Of a stretch of DNA of 64,000 bases, positions 61,009 to 64,000 are shown one piece after another. Source of the DNA: Candidatus Spongiisociaceae bacterium (lineage in GTDB: Bacteria; Actinomycetota; Acidimicrobiia; Spongiisociales; Spongiisociaceae); the NCBI GenBank assembly GCA_965262915.1, contig OZ253564.1:4128001-4192000 (forward strand). Reading direction: 5' to 3'. A program made the position numbers and the translations under genes. Numbering within the stretch: position 1 is the first letter of the stretch; the number at the start of each line of letters is the position of its first letter. Under the pieces are notes generated by a model that saw only the letters and a program-made list of their open reading frames with translations, was not told the origin of the DNA and searched no databases.

Positions 61009-62697
61009 TCACCTCTCCGCGCGCAGCTCCCGCGACCGGCGCACGCTGGGGACAAGGCCCTCGGGTCTGCGCAGCATCATGAAGACCAGCAGGGCTCCGT
61101 AGATGAGGAGTTTGAACTCGGCGAATTCCTGGAGCAGGCCGGGCACGTTGGGACCGCCCAGCACCCCGATCAACACCACCGCGCCGACCGTCACGCCCGG
61201 AATGTTGCCCATGCCACCCACGATGACAATCACCAGGACGATGATCGACACGAGGAGCTCGAACGAACTGGGGAATACCGAGCCGAGCTTGGCGGCGAAC
61301 AGGGCTCCCGCGGATCCGGCCAGGACGGCCCCGACGATGAACGCGTTCAGCTTGGCCCTCACGGTGTTTACACCCATGGCCGCGGCTGCCGTCTCGTCCT
61401 CCCGGAGGGCCATCCACGCCCGGCCGATACGCGACTCCTGGAGCGACCAGGAGACCCACGCCGCCAGCACTACGAAGAACAGCGCGAAGTAGAGAACCCC
61501 TTCGGGACCCACACCGCTCACCTCTGTGAAACCGAGGGGGATACCCGGAATGTTGAGCACCCCTTGGGCGCCTCCGAAAGTGGGAGAGAGCCAGTCCGAC
61601 AGGAACAGGATCCGGACGATCTCCCCAAAACCGAGGGTAACGATGGCCAGGTAGTCACCCCGCATCCGGATCACGGGAGTTCCCACCAGCAGCCCGGCGA
61701 CCGCCGACATGACGATCGCCACAGGCAGCGCGGCCCACCAGGACCACCCCAGAACGAATCCGGGAGAAGCGGGAGAGGTGAGAACCCCGACGGTATAGGC
61801 CCCGACTGCGAAGAAGGCCACATGGCCCAGGTCCAGCATCCCGGCCAGCCCCACCACGATGTTGAGGCCGAGACCCATCAACAGGAACAGGCCTACGTTG
61901 GCGAGCACCTCCGACAGGAGGCTCCCGAGGATCTGCGGGATGAGGATCAGTACCACCAGCACCAGCAGCGCCGCCAAGACCGAATTCCGGATGCGCCGCC
62001 CCGGGTCTGCGGCGGAGAGACGCCCCTTGATCCTGCCCATCCCGCCCCTGGTCCTCTCGGCGGTGGCGGCAACCATCACCGCCACCGCCAGGGCAGTCCA
62101 CCATTCGAGTGCCCGGCGGACGAAGATCCTCTCCGCCACATCCTCCAATCGCACCTGCCGCAGCACCTGTGAGATCACCTGCTCCAGCAGGGCTACCACC
62201 ACCGTCCACTCCACCGCCAGGATCAATCTGCGTCGAGCAGGGGCGGACATCAGGTGCATGAGGCCACCCACCAGCCCGAGTACGGTCGGCGCCAGGACGG
62301 TCACCACCAGCCCGGTGGGCACACCCCGCCCGTGGGTCAGCAGTTGCACCAGCTTCGCCGAGAAGGCCACGAACACCCCGCGGAGGTCGAACGAGTCGAC
62401 CACAAGCGTGAAGGCCGCCAGGATCGCACCACCCACGAGGCCGCAGGCAACTCCGGCCAGGACATTGCGATGATTCCCGGGTGACCGCTCGACACCGTCG
62501 AGAGCCGGTGTCTTGGTTACCTGGTACTCCGCAACCGGCACGAACCACAGGAGCATCAGGTGGCCGAGGCTCAGAACGGCGTATACGAGCAGGCGGTCCT
62601 CGAAGGCCTCGAGCATCCCCACCGCCGCGACGAACACCATGACGATTCCCGCCGCCGACCCCCATCGAAGCACCCTCCGGATGTCGCTCCCCCTCAC
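61009..62697 (-). CDS. livM: Branched-chain amino acid ABC permease
   Basis: GLNIVVGLAGMLDLG, RGDYLAIVTLGFGEI, GRAW.ALREDE. Confidence 0.92.
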   Translation of the reverse strand: MRGSDIRRVLRWGSAAGIVMVFVAAVGMLEAFEDRLLVYAVLSLGHLMLLWFVPVAEYQVTKTPALDGVERSPGNHRNVLAGVACGLVGGAILAAFTLVVDSFDLRGVFVAFSAKLVQLLTHGRGVPTGLVVTVLAPTVLGLVGGLMHLMSAPARRRLILAVEWTVVVALLEQVISQVLRQVRLEDVAERIFVRRALEWWTALAVAVMVAATAERTRGGMGRIKGRLSAADPGRRIRNSVLAALLVLVVLILIPQILGSLLSEVLANVGLFLLMGLGLNIVVGLAGMLDLGHVAFFAVGAYTVGVLTSPASPGFVLGWSWWAALPVAIVMSAVAGLLVGTPVIRMRGDYLAIVTLGFGEIVRILFLSDWLSPTFGGAQGVLNIPGIPLGFTEVSGVGPEGVLYFALFFVVLAAWVSWSLQESRIGRAWMALREDETAAAAMGVNTVRAKLNAFIVGAVLAGSAGALFAAKLGSVFPSSFELLVSIIVLVIVIVGGMGNIPGVTVGAVVLIGVLGGPNVPGLLQEFAEFKLLIYGALLVFMMLRRPEGLVPSVRRSRELRAER

Positions 62698-63750
62698 GCC
62701 CGGTCCTCGGTCGCCAAGCGCTCACCGAAGAGGCCGGTCGGCTTGAATATCAGGACCAGCACCAGCGCCGTGAACGCCACCACGTCCTTGAGTCGGGACA
62801 CAGCCGGGATGCCGAAACCGCCCAGCACCAGCTGCGGACCAACCCCCTCGAACAATCCCAGAAACACTCCACCCGCCATCGCCCCACCCAGATTCCCGAT
62901 CCCGCCCAGGACCGCGGCGGTGAAGGCCTTGATTCCGGGGAGGAAACCCGTGATGAACGACACTCCCCGGAACAGCAGGGCCCACAGGGTGGCGGCGACC
63001 CCGGCCAGGGCCCCTCCCACCGCGAAGGTGGCGACGATCATGCGGTCGACGTCGATGCCCATGAGCGCGGCGATCTCCTTGTCCTCAGCCACCGCCCTGA
63101 TCGCACGGCCGGTTCTGGTCCTCTCCACGAAGAGGTACAGGCCGGCCATCGCCACGACCGCCACCGCTATCACGCCCAGCTTGGTGCCCTCGATCGAAAC
63201 GCCCAGGAACTCGATCCGGTCCCTGAGCGAGTCGGGCGGCGGGGGATAGCTCTTGACCGCGACCCCGAAGAGACCGGCGAAGGTGTACTGGAGAAAGAAG
63301 GCGATGCCTATCGACGTGATGAGGGGGACCATGCGAGGCGCGTTCCGCAGCGGCCGGTAGGCGATCCTCTCCACCACCAGTGCCACCAGGGTCGAGGTCA
63401 GTACCGACGAGAGAAGCACCAACAGGATGGACAGCGCGAAGTTGGTGTCCCAGAGCCGTATCTCCCACAGGTAGTCGGCGACGAAGAAGCCCACCTGCCA
63501 CCCGACATGAACACCTCGCCGTGGGCGAAGTTGATGAAGCGGAGCACCCGGTAGACCATCGAGTAACCGAGCGCAATGAGACCGTACATGGCGCCTTGGG
63601 CGATTCCTGCCACCACCAGATCGCGCCACGCGTCGCCGGTGGGACGGCCCGCAGGAACCAGTCGACCCAACTCCTCCCGGCCCTTCGCGAGCCGGGTACC
63701 GCAGAGGTGGTCACGGTTCCCGACTCAGAAGAGGAAGCAACCGATCCATC
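62694..63750 (-). pseudogene. livH: Branched-chain amino acid ABC permease, frameshift near 63500; start approximate
   Basis: GAMYGLIALGYSMVY..INFAHGEVFM in one frame; ERIAYRPLR, KAFTAAVLGGIG in another. Confidence 0.85.
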
Positions 63751-63810
63751 GGCGGAACGACTGCTGTCTGCCGGTCGCCTCCTTCACTGGTCACCGGCGG
63801 CGGGTCACCG

Positions 63811-64000
63811 TCAGCCGGCAGCTGCTTGGGTGGGTGCGTAGCCGAATACCACGTTGTTCTTGCCGGCTTCGATGTTCCGCGGATCCGTGTGGTGGATCAC
63901 CGTGATCCGTTGCGAACCGCAGTCGCCGAACTCGTCACATGCGATCGGACCGACGATCCCGTCGAAGCTCGACCCGGTCAGTTCGTCCCTAAGGGCCTGG
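63811..64000 (-). CDS. Branched-chain amino acid ABC substrate-binding protein, C-terminal part
   Basis: QALRDELT..SFDGIVG.I.CDEFGDCG...*; upstream of livH. Confidence 0.75.
   Translation of the reverse strand, partial: QALRDELTGSSFDGIVGPIACDEFGDCGSQRITVIHHTDPRNIEAGKNNVVFGYAPTQAAAG

Overview
High-GC actinobacterial chromosome segment, probably Acidimicrobiia-like (inferred from gene content such as Bpa, GuaB3, DUF3263 and LytR_C). Housekeeping blocks at 1-27.5 kb (sucC, tal, pcrA, guaA/guaB3, trpS, cimA, infA, bpa) and 54-64 kb (CvpA-CAP, AI-2E, tRNA-Thr, liv ABC) flank a ~26 kb decayed defence/mobile island that starts at tRNA-Arg(CCT). The island holds an unusual two-gene element (DDE transposase plus degenerate tyrosine-recombinase-like protein with a structured leader), an MmeI-like type IIL RM enzyme coupled to a DEDDh-BRCT exonuclease, an orphan 4-repeat CRISPR array, Fic and several TA modules separated by a recurring ~85-bp motif, and nested IS elements. 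The best supported highlights are an IS110 whose bridge-RNA target and donor guides can be read from the sequence and point at an ISL3 terminal repeat, and an Ile-codon leader-peptide attenuator upstream of citramalate synthase. All family calls come from motif recognition by eye; no searches were run.
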